This document shows, piece by piece, positions 27,794 to 38,064 of a DNA stretch of 64,000 nucleotides. The stretch covers positions 2,353 through 66,352 of the forward strand of contig JAYNVZ010000002.1 in assembly GCA_038101125.1 (NCBI GenBank), given 5' to 3'. Under the pieces are notes generated by a model. It saw nothing but the letters and a program-made list of their open reading frames with translations, ran no database searches and was not told where the DNA came from. Position numbers and translations under genes: made by a program. Each line of letters opens with the position of its first letter. Within the stretch, counting starts at the first letter, position 1. This stretch comes from Gammaproteobacteria bacterium (GTDB lineage: Bacteria > Pseudomonadota > Gammaproteobacteria > GCA-002705445 > GCA-002716945).

Positions 27794-28555
27794 TTATTTT
27801 AGGCTATCAAGATTTTTTTGAGCTAGGGTGAAATTCGGGTCCATGTCTAATGATTTAAGAAACATCTTCGATGCATTATCATCATCATTCAATCCCTTGT
27901 AGGATACGCCTAAACTGTTATAAACTTCTTTCGATTCTAAACCGAGTTCAATCATCTCTTGTAAATATTTAAGTGAGTCATTGAATTTATTAGTTTTGAT
28001 AAAATAATTAGACATGTTCAAGCGTGGATAAATTTCATTTGGGTTTAGCTCTATTGTCTTCTTATAATGATACTCTGCCTCTGGGTTATTCAAATAACTA
28101 AATAAGTTGGCCAAGTTATTATGCGCCTCTGAAGATTCATTATTGATTTCCAAAGCTTTTATATAACTCTCGACAGCCTTATCATGTTCATTCATATCTG
28201 TATAAATAATTCCAAGTGAGTAATATGATTGAAATAATTTTTTATCTAATTTCAAAGATTTCTTAATTGAGTTAACTGCTAATTGATGTTCTCCCATAGA
28301 ATGAAGCAGACTACCATAATTACTATGGAACACTGCTTGATCGGGTGCTTTTTCTATAGCGACCTCAATATGTTTTTTTGCATTAACAAAATCACCCTCA
28401 GCCATAAATACCAAAGAAATTAAATGGTGCGCATTAGGTTCTGAATCATTTACTGTTAATATTTTATTATAAATAACTTTGGCTTCATCAAATCTATTTT
28501 GTTTATGAAGGTCCATAGCCTCTGCAAAAGCTTGCTTAATTAGAAATTTAGACAT
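27794..28555 (-). CDS. Tetratricopeptide-repeat protein
   Basis: Multiple 34-aa TPR units (AxxxYxxAL motifs). Confidence 0.55.
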   Translation of the reverse strand: MSKFLIKQAFAEAMDLHKQNRFDEAKVIYNKILTVNDSEPNAHHLISLVFMAEGDFVNAKKHIEVAIEKAPDQAVFHSNYGSLLHSMGEHQLAVNSIKKSLKLDKKLFQSYYSLGIIYTDMNEHDKAVESYIKALEINNESSEAHNNLANLFSYLNNPEAEYHYKKTIELNPNEIYPRLNMSNYFIKTNKFNDSLKYLQEMIELGLESKEVYNSLGVSYKGLNDDDNASKMFLKSLDMDPNFTLAQKNLDSLK

Positions 28556-29924
28556 CTGATAATTGATCCTCTATTTTGTTCATGACGCCTGACCAGTCAC
28601 CAGTCATCTCCTGTCTGAATAGTTTTACTGAAGGATACCATGGCGAAGTATCTTTGTAACTCAAATCCCAAGTATGCTTGGGTACTGTTGGTAGCATAAT
28701 CCAAGTATTTATATTTAGTGCACCAGCAAGATGAACTAAATCACTCTCAATAGACACAACTAAGTCTAAATTTTTCATGACTCCTGATAAATCACTAAAG
28801 TCTTTAAATTCCTCCAAATTAATTATATTGTGTCCGCTCTTCTGAAAAATTAGATTCAATGTATCTTGAGGAACGCTAATTTGCTTATAATTTGAAAGTG
28901 AACTATTTGAGTTAATCATCACTCCAATATTTTTTTGAGTATTAACTATTTCACTAGCGATATCATTTTTAATACTGAGATATGGGAAAACCTGAGTATC
29001 CATGTCAGGGCTCCACTCTAGTACTTTTGGGATTGATATGAGATAGGTGAAATAATCATAATCAGTAGTATCTCCATATTCAATAACTTCTTTAATCCAA
29101 TCTTGTTGTCTTAAAATATTTAGTGTTTCAGGCTGAGACATTAAAACAACTTCAGCGCCTTCTGCTGCAAGCTGATTAGCAAATCTTATATATTGAAAAG
29201 TTTCACCTATAGACTGTTCAGCAATAATCAGAATTCTTTTATTTAATAGTTCTTGGCCAGTCCATTCAGGGCTAGTAAGTTTTAAGTTATAAACTTCTGC
29301 TGGCAGTTTTCTTCTCCATTCATATTCTTTCCAACCCTCTTTATAATTACCTGTAAGTAATAAGCACATTCCTAGATTAATATGTGGTTCTATATAATCA
29401 GGGTATGTCTCTATACAGGATTTATAAAATTTTATGGCTTGATCAAACTTTTTTAATTCTTCATAGATTATTCCTACCATTAGCTGACACCCGATATGAT
29501 CTGGAGTTAGTGATAAACATTTTTTAAAAGAATCTAGAGCGTCATTGAATTTTTCAATCTGCCTGTATGCTTCACCTAAATAAAAATGAACCTGCGATAT
29601 ATCTTCTTTTAAATTAATGACTTTTTTGAACGCAACAATTGATTCTTGGTAATCTTTTTTAGAACTTAATGCGCAACCCAAAGATATTAGAGCTCCAATA
29701 TCATCAGGATTAATATCTAAAGACTTCTTTATAAATAAAATACTCTCCTTGTAATTGCCCTGGCTCATTCTAATGCATCCAATTATATGATTTGCATCAG
29801 CGTTGTCATTTTTGGAGAGTATTTGCGAACATATCTCTTCTGCTTTGCTATATTTTTTTTGACTGAACGCATTAATTGCGTTTGTGATTTGTTCTTTATA
29901 AAGATCGCTATTTGACATTTTCAA
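28548..29924 (-). CDS. TPR-repeat protein fused to a glycosyltransferase family 9 (heptosyltransferase-like) domain
   Basis: N-terminal TPR units. The C-terminal region RILIIAEQSIGETFQ...DLVVSIESDLVHLAGALNINTWIML resembles the GT9 donor-binding segment. Confidence 0.5.
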   Translation of the reverse strand: MKMSNSDLYKEQITNAINAFSQKKYSKAEEICSQILSKNDNADANHIIGCIRMSQGNYKESILFIKKSLDINPDDIGALISLGCALSSKKDYQESIVAFKKVINLKEDISQVHFYLGEAYRQIEKFNDALDSFKKCLSLTPDHIGCQLMVGIIYEELKKFDQAIKFYKSCIETYPDYIEPHINLGMCLLLTGNYKEGWKEYEWRRKLPAEVYNLKLTSPEWTGQELLNKRILIIAEQSIGETFQYIRFANQLAAEGAEVVLMSQPETLNILRQQDWIKEVIEYGDTTDYDYFTYLISIPKVLEWSPDMDTQVFPYLSIKNDIASEIVNTQKNIGVMINSNSSLSNYKQISVPQDTLNLIFQKSGHNIINLEEFKDFSDLSGVMKNLDLVVSIESDLVHLAGALNINTWIMLPTVPKHTWDLSYKDTSPWYPSVKLFRQEMTGDWSGVMNKIEDQLSDV

Positions 29925-29942
29925 TATTCAATAAAATTCTTG

Positions 29943-29971
29943 ATAAAAAAAAGAGGACCGAAGCCCTCTTT
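29943..29971 (-). terminator. Rho-independent terminator downstream of the DUF1326 gene
   Basis: On the minus strand: stem aagaggg/cctctt with a cttcggt loop, followed by an 8-U tract. Confidence 0.55.
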
Positions 29972-29988
29972 AAAAATTAATTTTTTAG

Positions 29989-30591
29989 TTATGCTTGATA
30001 AGCAAAAGGTCCTGACAGACCAACTCTATCTGCTGTTGTATTCCATGTTCTACCATGATCTGAATACTCTTGCTTACTGGTCATGTTTACATCAACTGGA
30101 AATCCAGGATTTATTGCAAGCGGATGATAATTACATTGTGCAACTTTGCCATCTCCACTTTCAACACCAGCCATATCCCAGCCACCTGCACCACTAACTT
30201 CTAAAGTTTGTTTTGTGCCATCTTTTTTAAAATTAATTGCTGCTCTTTTTACACCAATGACTTCACCTACTAAGCTAGCTATGACACCTAAGTGGCCGCC
30301 ATGTTTTCCACCCCATAGTTCTTCGATAGCAGTCGCTTGTTCATCTGTTGCATTTTCATCAATATACAATGCTAACTGGAATCCGCCATCAGTAAGATTT
30401 GGACCTGGCGCATGCAACCATGCTGAGACTTTTAACCCATCTAACTTAACATCACCTAGATTACCTTTACTGATATCCCATACAAGCATTGCCTCGCAAA
30501 AACCTTTTGTTGGGCTTTGTAGGTATAAACATGGGCACATTAGATCGCAATTACAGCTTTCTGCATAATCCCCTTTTAAACTCCAACTCAT
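29989..30591 (-). CDS. DUF1326-family protein (N-terminal CNCxxxCPC motif)
   Basis: 200 aa with a SCNCDLMCPC motif near the N-terminus. Its GC content is locally higher than in the flanking genes. Confidence 0.5.
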   Translation of the reverse strand: MSWSLKGDYAESCNCDLMCPCLYLQSPTKGFCEAMLVWDISKGNLGDVKLDGLKVSAWLHAPGPNLTDGGFQLALYIDENATDEQATAIEELWGGKHGGHLGVIASLVGEVIGVKRAAINFKKDGTKQTLEVSGAGGWDMAGVESGDGKVAQCNYHPLAINPGFPVDVNMTSKQEYSDHGRTWNTTADRVGLSGPFAYQA

Positions 30592-30755
30592 AATCTTCTC
30601 CCGTTAATTAACATATTAATCATCACATAATATCCATTAAAAATCTATTAAATGTAGAACTATCTATCTAAGAACATTAGAAAACTCTAATGTTTAAAAT
30701 TCAATTAATACTATGAAGAGAAATTAATTTTGCTACAGTAATAGATGGGGGAAAT

Positions 30756-32468
30756 ATGAAGAAAAGCTTTTTTAGCAGACATGCATCTGCGCTCAGTATT
30801 AATAAAGGTGTTTCAACAACTAAGAGAGATATTAAATGGTATGAAAAAAGCGTGCCTTGCAGATCAGCCTGTCCAGCAGATACGGATATACCCGGCTATT
30901 TAGAAGCAATTTATAATCATGATTATGAAAAAGCATACAAAATTAATTTAGAAGATAATGTTTTTCCAGGTATTCTTGGAAGAGTGTGTTCCCGACCTTG
31001 CGAGGATGCGTGCCGACATAGTGATGATGCAAATGGTGAATCAGTATCAATATGTTTTTCCAAAAGATCAGCGGAAACATTTCATCAATCCAAAAAATTT
31101 AAACTAAAAAACTACAGCCATAAAACTAATAAAAAAATATTAATAATTGGAGCAGGTGTAGCTGGTCTCACAGCAGCTAGAGAGTTGTCAAGATATGGCC
31201 ATGATGTAGAAATTTTTGAGAGACATAACTCTCCAGGTGGGATGCTAAATCAAGGGATTCCAATATTTAGATTACCCAGAGATGTTATCGACAGAGAAAT
31301 AGGGCAGATTTTAGAACATGGTATAAAAGTTCGCTATAATAAAAACATTAAATCTTATGATGAAATAGAAGAACTATCAAAAAAGTATCATGCAGTTGTA
31401 TTAGCGCTTGGTACATTAAAACCGAATAAAATTAATCAAGAATTTTCTAAATCTGAAGATGTTGAAGATGGATTAGATTTTTTACTTCGAGTAAATGAAT
31501 ATCAAGATAAATATGTAGGCAAGGATGTTGTTGTAATAGGTGGTGGATATACAAGTATGGATTGCGCAAGGACTGCACTCAGGTTAGGTGCAAAATCTGT
31601 AAGAACGTATTATAGACGAACAACAGATGATTTAGTCATCTTGCCTGGCGAACTAGATGAGCTTATAAATGAACATGGAAAAATGATCTTCAATGCCCAG
31701 CCACTTAATATCATTAAAAGAAATAATAAGTTAACAGGATTGGAATTAATTAACACTAAATTAATTAAACGCAATGGAGTTTATCAACTAAGAGATATTA
31801 AGGGAACAGAATTTAAAGTGAAGACTGATCATATTATTCTTGCGATTGGTCAAAAACAACATCTACCTTTATCTAAAAGTAAAAGGAAAAATATTTTTTC
31901 TGTTGGGGATTTTGCAACTGGGGCTTCTACGTTGATTAATGCTATTGCTCATTCAAAAGATATAGTCAAACAAATAGATAAGTTTTTAATGAAAAGAGAT
32001 CTGTTTAACTCTGAGATTAAAGTTACAAATATAAAGACAACTGGTAGAAATCTAAAATTGAACTATATTCCTATACATGAAATGCCCACAGTTAACATAA
32101 ATCAAAGAACATTTAAGCGCGAAGTCGAAAAAGGCTATCGAAAAGATCTATCTCATAATGAAGCTTCGAGATGTTATCTTTGTCATTATAAGTTTGAGAT
32201 TAATAATGATCTTTGCGTTCTGTGCGATGAGTGTCTGCTGGCTAAACCCATTAAAGATTGTATTGTTGAAGTCAGTGATGTCCAATCGCTCAAAGATGGA
32301 GATGTTTCATATAAGAGAATACGTCCTAAAGAAAGTATCGGTGTATATCATGGTAAATTACTAATCGATCATAAGAAATGTGTACGTTGTGGCGAATGTG
32401 AGAGAGTCTGTCCAACTAATGCAATATCAATTCAGAAAGTTGAAAAACAAGATTATGTTAAAGTCTAA
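30756..32468 (+). CDS. GltD-like NAD(P)H-dependent FAD/FeS oxidoreductase subunit with extra C-terminal 2x[4Fe-4S] ferredoxin domain
   Basis: N-terminal Cys cluster region, GAGVAGLTAARE dinucleotide fold and a second GGGYTSMDCA fold. C-terminal CVLCDEC... and CVRCGECERVCPTNAI. Confidence 0.7.
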   Translation: MKKSFFSRHASALSINKGVSTTKRDIKWYEKSVPCRSACPADTDIPGYLEAIYNHDYEKAYKINLEDNVFPGILGRVCSRPCEDACRHSDDANGESVSICFSKRSAETFHQSKKFKLKNYSHKTNKKILIIGAGVAGLTAARELSRYGHDVEIFERHNSPGGMLNQGIPIFRLPRDVIDREIGQILEHGIKVRYNKNIKSYDEIEELSKKYHAVVLALGTLKPNKINQEFSKSEDVEDGLDFLLRVNEYQDKYVGKDVVVIGGGYTSMDCARTALRLGAKSVRTYYRRTTDDLVILPGELDELINEHGKMIFNAQPLNIIKRNNKLTGLELINTKLIKRNGVYQLRDIKGTEFKVKTDHIILAIGQKQHLPLSKSKRKNIFSVGDFATGASTLINAIAHSKDIVKQIDKFLMKRDLFNSEIKVTNIKTTGRNLKLNYIPIHEMPTVNINQRTFKREVEKGYRKDLSHNEASRCYLCHYKFEINNDLCVLCDECLLAKPIKDCIVEVSDVQSLKDGDVSYKRIRPKESIGVYHGKLLIDHKKCVRCGECERVCPTNAISIQKVEKQDYVKV

Positions 32469-34533
32469 AATTAAAAAATATAAGGTGACCTGTCCGCATG
32501 ATTGTCCAGATACCTGCTCTCTGGAGGTAACAGTTGATACTAAAACTAAAAAAGCAATTAAGTTAATTGGTGATAAGACTCATCCTATAACCAAAGGCTT
32601 TCTTTGCAATAAAGTAAATCACTATCTTGACTTAGTTTATAACAAGAATCGTGTTTTGTACCCCCATGTAAGAGTAGGACCAAAAGGCAAAAAAGGAAAA
32701 CTCAAAAAAGTTTCTTGGGATTTTGCACTGAAAACAATTGCTAAAAAACTAAAAGCTATTGAAAAAAAATATGGCGCCGAAGCTATACAGCCATATAGCT
32801 ACTCTGGAACGCTAGGGATGCTAGGCTACTGGGGGATGTCTGAAAGATTTTGGAATAAGATGGGCGCGGCCAGGCTAGGCAGAACTATTTGTATAGCTGC
32901 CGCCTCAACAGCTGGTATCTATACCTATGGGGCAGCATGTGGGCCTGCAATTGATGAGGTCCCAAATAATGATTTGATAATACTATGGGGTACCAATATT
33001 GTTTCAACACATGTTCATATGGTGCCATTTGTTGAAGAAGCAAAAAAAAGAGGTGCAAAGATAATTTGTATTGATCCAAGAGAAACTAGAACAGCTGCTT
33101 TAAGTGACTGGCATATTCAACCCAAACCAGGAACTGATACAGCCTTAGCATTAGGTATGATGAATGAGATAGTTAAAAATAAAAAACATGATTTAGCTTT
33201 TTTAAAAAAACATACGACTGGATATAAGGAATTCCTAGATAAAATATTACCAAAGTATACCTTAGATAAAGTTTCAAGAATTACTGGTATACAAAAAGCA
33301 GACATTAAACAATTAGCTTTTGAATATGGTTCAACCAAGAAAACATATATACGTCCTAACTATGGATTAAACCGTCATCGTAATGGTGGCATGATGGTAA
33401 GATCAATTATGTTGCTTCCTGCGATAACAGGTGCTTGGAAGAATAAAAGCTCTGGGTGTTTTGTAGGGTCAATTGAGGAAATGTGGAACGTAGATTTAGG
33501 AAAGTTACAAAGACCAGATCTTCTAGATAATAAAAATCCAAGATCCATAAATATGATACAAATAGGAAATGCCTTAAATGATAAAAAATTGGATCCTCCA
33601 ATTAAATCATTATTTGTTTGGAATTCAGATATAGCTAATTGTGCTCCGGATAGCATCAGTGTTCGCAGAGGTTTAAAGCGAAAAGATTTGTTTACGGTTG
33701 TTCACGAAACTTTTTGGACAGATAGCTGTGATTATGCTGATATTGTTTTGCCAGCAGATACTCAACTAGAGCATATGGATCTTCATGCGCCTTACGGACA
33801 TTATTATTTTAGTCTTACACAGCCAGCGATAAAACCACTAGGAGAAAGTAAATCTAATCAAGATTTGTTTAGGGATCTTGCAAAATATATGGGCTATAAA
33901 GATAAATGTTTTAAAGAAAGTGATGAAAGTATGATTAAGAATATGATTGACCCAAAACATAATCCTCTGTTTAAAGGCGTTACTTTTGAAAAACTTAAAA
34001 AAAATGGCTGGGTTAAGGGTAATGTTGAAAATAAAAAAAGAGATTATATAAAAAAAGGTTGGCCAACTAAAGATGGTAAGATTCAAATCTATTCAAAAGA
34101 TACTGAAAAGATTGGATTAGGTGCCTACCCAGAACATATCGAAGAATTCGCTGACAAAGCATTAAGAAAAAAATATCCAATTCAGATTTTAAGTCCTGCC
34201 ACACATCAATTTATTGGTAACTCTTTTGTTCCCGTCGAAAGATTACGAAATATGGCATCAAGACCTACTATTGAAATGAGTAGTAAAGATGCAAGTAAAA
34301 GAAAAATAAAAGATGGAGACTTATGTAAAATTTATAATGATATTGGAGAGACTTATGCTCATGCCGTAATAATAGATTCTATGCTTGAAGGTGTTGCCTC
34401 AACTCAAAAACAATACAAAGGCTCTCTGATCAAAAATGGTGTAAACGTCAATGCTCTAAACACTCAAGATGTAACTGATATGGGTGATGGGCCTATCTTC
34501 TACACCGTTTTAGCTCAGATTAAGAAAGTTTAA
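32455..34533 (+). CDS. Molybdopterin (bis-MGD) oxidoreductase catalytic subunit, uncharacterised MopB subfamily (N-terminal CPHDCPDTC cluster motif)
   Basis: About 690 aa from internal ATG 32455, which gives a 14-nt overlap with the upstream gene instead of 89 nt. The KVTCPHDCPDTCSLEV FeS motif and MopB-type domain order end in a C-terminal beta-barrel. Confidence 0.7.
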   Translation: MLKSKIKKYKVTCPHDCPDTCSLEVTVDTKTKKAIKLIGDKTHPITKGFLCNKVNHYLDLVYNKNRVLYPHVRVGPKGKKGKLKKVSWDFALKTIAKKLKAIEKKYGAEAIQPYSYSGTLGMLGYWGMSERFWNKMGAARLGRTICIAAASTAGIYTYGAACGPAIDEVPNNDLIILWGTNIVSTHVHMVPFVEEAKKRGAKIICIDPRETRTAALSDWHIQPKPGTDTALALGMMNEIVKNKKHDLAFLKKHTTGYKEFLDKILPKYTLDKVSRITGIQKADIKQLAFEYGSTKKTYIRPNYGLNRHRNGGMMVRSIMLLPAITGAWKNKSSGCFVGSIEEMWNVDLGKLQRPDLLDNKNPRSINMIQIGNALNDKKLDPPIKSLFVWNSDIANCAPDSISVRRGLKRKDLFTVVHETFWTDSCDYADIVLPADTQLEHMDLHAPYGHYYFSLTQPAIKPLGESKSNQDLFRDLAKYMGYKDKCFKESDESMIKNMIDPKHNPLFKGVTFEKLKKNGWVKGNVENKKRDYIKKGWPTKDGKIQIYSKDTEKIGLGAYPEHIEEFADKALRKKYPIQILSPATHQFIGNSFVPVERLRNMASRPTIEMSSKDASKRKIKDGDLCKIYNDIGETYAHAVIIDSMLEGVASTQKQYKGSLIKNGVNVNALNTQDVTDMGDGPIFYTVLAQIKKV

Positions 34534-34643
34534 TTATACATTTAGACAATTAAATTTTGAAAATACTAATAGATATTAGGTCTAGATCTATATTTTAGTT
34601 ATACACTTATAACAAAGACTACTAATAGCTGTATACTAGAATT

Positions 34644-35129
34644 ATGAAGATTATGTCGAGAGAAAATTTATCGAACTCATCAAAAAGATCCGTAGATTCA
34701 ACCATTTCTTATAAAAACAATGATATGACAAGCGGAGTTCAAACCTTTGAAAATGGTGATATTTATACTGGAGATTTTTTAGATGGCAAAAAACATGGTA
34801 GAGGAATTTTAAAAACTGCAAGTGATAGGACATATGATGGTGGCTGGGAGAACGATCTTCCTCATGGTTATGGTGTGAATACTTTCCCAAACGGAAAGGT
34901 ATATACAGGTGAATACAAAAAAGGGAGACCTTTTGGTGACGGTCAATGGACCTATAGTGATGGTAGCACTTATACTGGAAAATGGGTCAATGGTGAGTTT
35001 GTCAATCCAGATAATAAACAAGATACTTTTCAATTTAGAATCGCAACATTTTTAATTAATATTATAGTTATAGGTTTTATGCTTTCTGTTATAGGATTCT
35101 GGTTACTAAAGTTCTTAAAGGTTATATGA
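34644..35129 (+). CDS. MORN-repeat protein with C-terminal membrane anchor
   Basis: Repeated YxGxxxxGxxxGxG units (YTGDFLDGKKHGRG, YDGGWENDLPHGYG, YTGEYKKGRPFGDG, YTGKWVNGEF) and a hydrophobic C-terminus. Confidence 0.6.
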   Translation: MKIMSRENLSNSSKRSVDSTISYKNNDMTSGVQTFENGDIYTGDFLDGKKHGRGILKTASDRTYDGGWENDLPHGYGVNTFPNGKVYTGEYKKGRPFGDGQWTYSDGSTYTGKWVNGEFVNPDNKQDTFQFRIATFLINIIVIGFMLSVIGFWLLKFLKVI

Positions 35130-35593
35130 TAAACGAATGTGTGTTTGATACGCCTTTAGCCCGGATGTTACTAAAAGAGAAAAATGGTGAAGTTATACAT
35201 TCGTCATTTACAGAAAAAAAAATTAATAAAACTTCTAGTCGAACACTCGTGCATGCTCAGAAAGAAATACTAGAGTATTTCAAAGGTCATAGAAAAAGTT
35301 TTACAATCAAAGTAAACCCAGATGGAACACATTATCAAAAAAAGGTCTGGTGGCAACTTTTACAAATTAAATATGGCTCTACAAAGTATTACTCTGATAT
35401 TGCTAATGATTTAGCAAGTTCTCCTAGAGCTATAGGAAATGCCTGTGGAGCTAATAAATGCTTGCTTATAATTCCCTGTCACCGCGTCCTGTCCAAGGAT
35501 AATAGCAGATCAGGTTATTCAAGCTTTGGTGGATTAGTTCATAAGGACCGACTCTTAGAGATTGAAAAATCAGAAAGTTTAATGCTAGATTGA
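35126..35593 (+). CDS. ogt: Methylated-DNA--protein-cysteine methyltransferase
   Basis: PCHRV active-site motif (LIIPCHRVL), 155 aa. Confidence 0.8.
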   Translation: MINECVFDTPLARMLLKEKNGEVIHSSFTEKKINKTSSRTLVHAQKEILEYFKGHRKSFTIKVNPDGTHYQKKVWWQLLQIKYGSTKYYSDIANDLASSPRAIGNACGANKCLLIIPCHRVLSKDNSRSGYSSFGGLVHKDRLLEIEKSESLMLD

Positions 35594-35649
35594 AATAAGA
35601 GAAGAATGATGAAAATTTATAAGTATCTATTATTGAACAGTAACGATAA

Positions 35650-35874
35650 TTAAATAGCACTCAAGTCATTTATTGGCTTCAAAAATGCATCCACAAGCAT
35701 AGCTTGGTTCATATAAACGAAATATAGATATAAGAATAAGGATATAACCCCAAAGATTCTCTTATCCATGATTTTGTCTAATCTACTAAATACACCAAGA
35801 CACTGTCCAAAAGTATAAGCAAAATAACCAATAGCTCCAAAAAATAAAAATCCTATTAATCCTAAAATAAACAT
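35650..35874 (-). CDS. hypothetical small membrane protein (74 aa)
   Basis: Two predicted TM helices. No motif. Confidence 0.3.
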   Translation of the reverse strand: MFILGLIGFLFFGAIGYFAYTFGQCLGVFSRLDKIMDKRIFGVISLFLYLYFVYMNQAMLVDAFLKPINDLSAI

Positions 35875-35895
35875 ATTTATACAGTAACTAGTTTC

Positions 35896-36327
35896 TTATT
35901 CTAAAACAATAGTTATATTCCTCTCTGTAATACACTCCTCATCGTCACTAGACATTAAGTTCATCAGTGAGCCCATTGGAGTTACAGCATCTACAGCTCT
36001 ATCGAAAATATAACCTATCCCAGAATTTATTATAAAATTATCTGCTGATAAATCTCTCTGTTCTTCTGTGACTCCGTATTCGCCTGTAAGCTGACCAGAT
36101 TTACAAATAATATTTATAGATGAACACTGAGTAACAAACACGAAATTTTTTGGAGCAATAATATCTAGTTTAGATGAGGATGAATATAAATTACACACAG
36201 CATCAATTGGATTTTGCTTTGAGTCTACAGTTAATAGATTAATTTTGATTTCTTTATCAGCAGGCTGTAAAGTCGCACATGATTGCATAAAAGCTGTAAA
36301 TAGGATAGCTATTGTAATATATCTCAA
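35896..36327 (-). CDS. hypothetical secreted/lipoprotein-like protein (143 aa)
   Basis: N-terminal signal peptide with Cys near the cleavage region (FMQSC). Confidence 0.35.
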   Translation of the reverse strand: MRYITIAILFTAFMQSCATLQPADKEIKINLLTVDSKQNPIDAVCNLYSSSSKLDIIAPKNFVFVTQCSSINIICKSGQLTGEYGVTEEQRDLSADNFIINSGIGYIFDRAVDAVTPMGSLMNLMSSDDEECITERNITIVLE

Positions 36328-37212
36328 CTACGAAACCCTATTTATAATATGAAAGATTAATGAATTAAAAATATTCCTCTTATCTTTAAACATAGAGGGG
36401 TGTAAGGTCGCAGAAACAGCTAAATCATTACAATATTCCTTCACTGTATCAGCAGATTTAAATTTCATAATATTTCCTTTATTTTTTTTCATATCCTTTT
36501 GAACCTTTTTGCCTAATAACTTTTTTTCTCCAGTAAAATCTAGAAGATCATCGGTCGCTTGAAATATTAGACCAAAGTTTTTACCATATGTTCTTAGATC
36601 ATTCATTTTTTTTACCGATTTACTGTTAGTAAATAGTAAGGGCGCCACCATACAAAATTCAAAAAGCTTAGCTGTTTTTAATTCATGCATCATAATTATT
36701 TCTTTTTCACTTACACGCTTATTCTTTTCATATAATAAATCATAAGATTGCCCACCAGCTAAACCCTTATACCCTGATATAATAGCTAGCTCTTGAATAA
36801 TATTTGACCTCACAAGTGCGCTAGGATGCATGTTTTTATTTGAGAGTATTTCAAATGAAAGTGTAAGTAAACTATTGCCTGCTAATATAGCTGTAGCCTC
36901 TCCATACTTTTTATGTGTTGTTGGTTTTCCTCTTCTCAAGTCATCATTATCCATTCCAGGCAAGTCATCGTGTATTAGTGAATATGCATGAACCATCTCA
37001 GTTGCTAAGGCTAGTTTCATATAATCATGTTTTTTAATTTTTAAAGCTTTTGATATCTCTATTATTAAAAAAGGTCTAATCCTCTTCCCACCATTCATAA
37101 GCCCATATTGCATGGCGCTCCAAAGGTCTGTTCTCTTTTTTTTAGAGCACAAGTACTTTTTAGCATAAAGGTTAAATTCATCTGCAGTTGATTTTATCTT
37201 TTTATCGAGCAT
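36328..37212 (-). CDS. ispA: (2E,6E)-farnesyl diphosphate synthase / polyprenyl synthetase
   Basis: First DDxxD motif (LIHDDLPGMDNDDLRRG) and second (FQATDDLLD). 294 aa. Confidence 0.85.
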   Translation of the reverse strand: MLDKKIKSTADEFNLYAKKYLCSKKKRTDLWSAMQYGLMNGGKRIRPFLIIEISKALKIKKHDYMKLALATEMVHAYSLIHDDLPGMDNDDLRRGKPTTHKKYGEATAILAGNSLLTLSFEILSNKNMHPSALVRSNIIQELAIISGYKGLAGGQSYDLLYEKNKRVSEKEIIMMHELKTAKLFEFCMVAPLLFTNSKSVKKMNDLRTYGKNFGLIFQATDDLLDFTGEKKLLGKKVQKDMKKNKGNIMKFKSADTVKEYCNDLAVSATLHPSMFKDKRNIFNSLIFHIINRVS

Positions 37213-37345
37213 TATTATTATATAAGTTATACATGAAGAATTTTAACATAGTTTTAACTGCTAATTTTTTTAAATTACGATATGATTAGAATAGATTTAT
37301 TCTTAATAAACTATAGATAATCTATTTAAAGAGTTTTGTCACAGC

Positions 37346-38014
37346 ATGAAAAACCTCAAGTTATTACTGATTGTTATATTCTTTATTATAATTGTTTCTT
37401 TGCTATTCTCAGAATTTAGAAATTATATTGTTGCCATGCTTAATGAAAACCTATTATTCATAGAGACATATAGACAAGCAAACCCCTATAAAGTTGAGTT
37501 AATTTTTTTTGCCTCTTATATCATACTGATATCTCTCTCTCTGCCAGTTGCTTTGGTGCTTGGTTTGCTTGGTGGGATGATTTTTGACAACATAATTGCA
37601 ATAATTCTTATATCCTTTGCCTCTTCATTAGGAGCGACTTTTGCTTTTCTAATTTCTAGATACTTTTTCAGAGATTTTATTGAAAATAGGTATGGCCGCC
37701 AATATCAAATTATTAATGATGGCGTAAAAAAGAATAGTGGATATTATATTTTTGCATTACGAATGTGTGTGGTGTTTCCATTTTTTTTAGTCAATCTTCT
37801 AATGGGACTAACAACTGTTAAGACGATACAGTATTACATCGTAAGCCAGATAGGAATGTTGCCGGCTACTATTATTATAGTCTCTTTGGGAGATAAACTT
37901 ATTGGCACATTGACATCAGATATTTCCATAGATGCACACTTGGTTATATTATTGACTGTCTTTGGGCTCTTGCCTTTATTATCAAGATTGCTTTTTAAAA
38001 AACTTTTAGATTAA
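37346..38014 (+). CDS. TVP38/TMEM64 (DedA-superfamily) membrane protein
   Basis: 222 aa polytopic membrane protein with DedA-like G-rich re-entrant segments. Confidence 0.6.
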   Translation: MKNLKLLLIVIFFIIIVSLLFSEFRNYIVAMLNENLLFIETYRQANPYKVELIFFASYIILISLSLPVALVLGLLGGMIFDNIIAIILISFASSLGATFAFLISRYFFRDFIENRYGRQYQIINDGVKKNSGYYIFALRMCVVFPFFLVNLLMGLTTVKTIQYYIVSQIGMLPATIIIVSLGDKLIGTLTSDISIDAHLVILLTVFGLLPLLSRLLFKKLLD

Positions 38015-38064
38015 TAATAAAGGTAATAATATTTGAAGATAGTATAATAGATATTTACTACTTA

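Noticed and set aside
30146-30568. 140-aa plus-strand ORF overlapping the DUF1326 gene
   Set aside because: It lies entirely within the better-supported minus-strand gene. The elevated GC there suppresses stop codons on both strands.
32380-32454. 89-nt overlap between the GltD-like gene and the molybdoenzyme ORF
   Set aside because: The in-frame ATG at 32455 (MLKSKIKKYKVTCPHDC...) places the FeS motif near the N-terminus as expected, and leaves a 14-nt overlap.
34651-35033. Minus-strand ORFs 34651-34890 and 34809-35033 over the MORN-repeat gene
   Set aside because: His/Tyr-rich shadow ORFs antisense to the repeated MORN units. The plus-strand MORN periodicity is the real signal.
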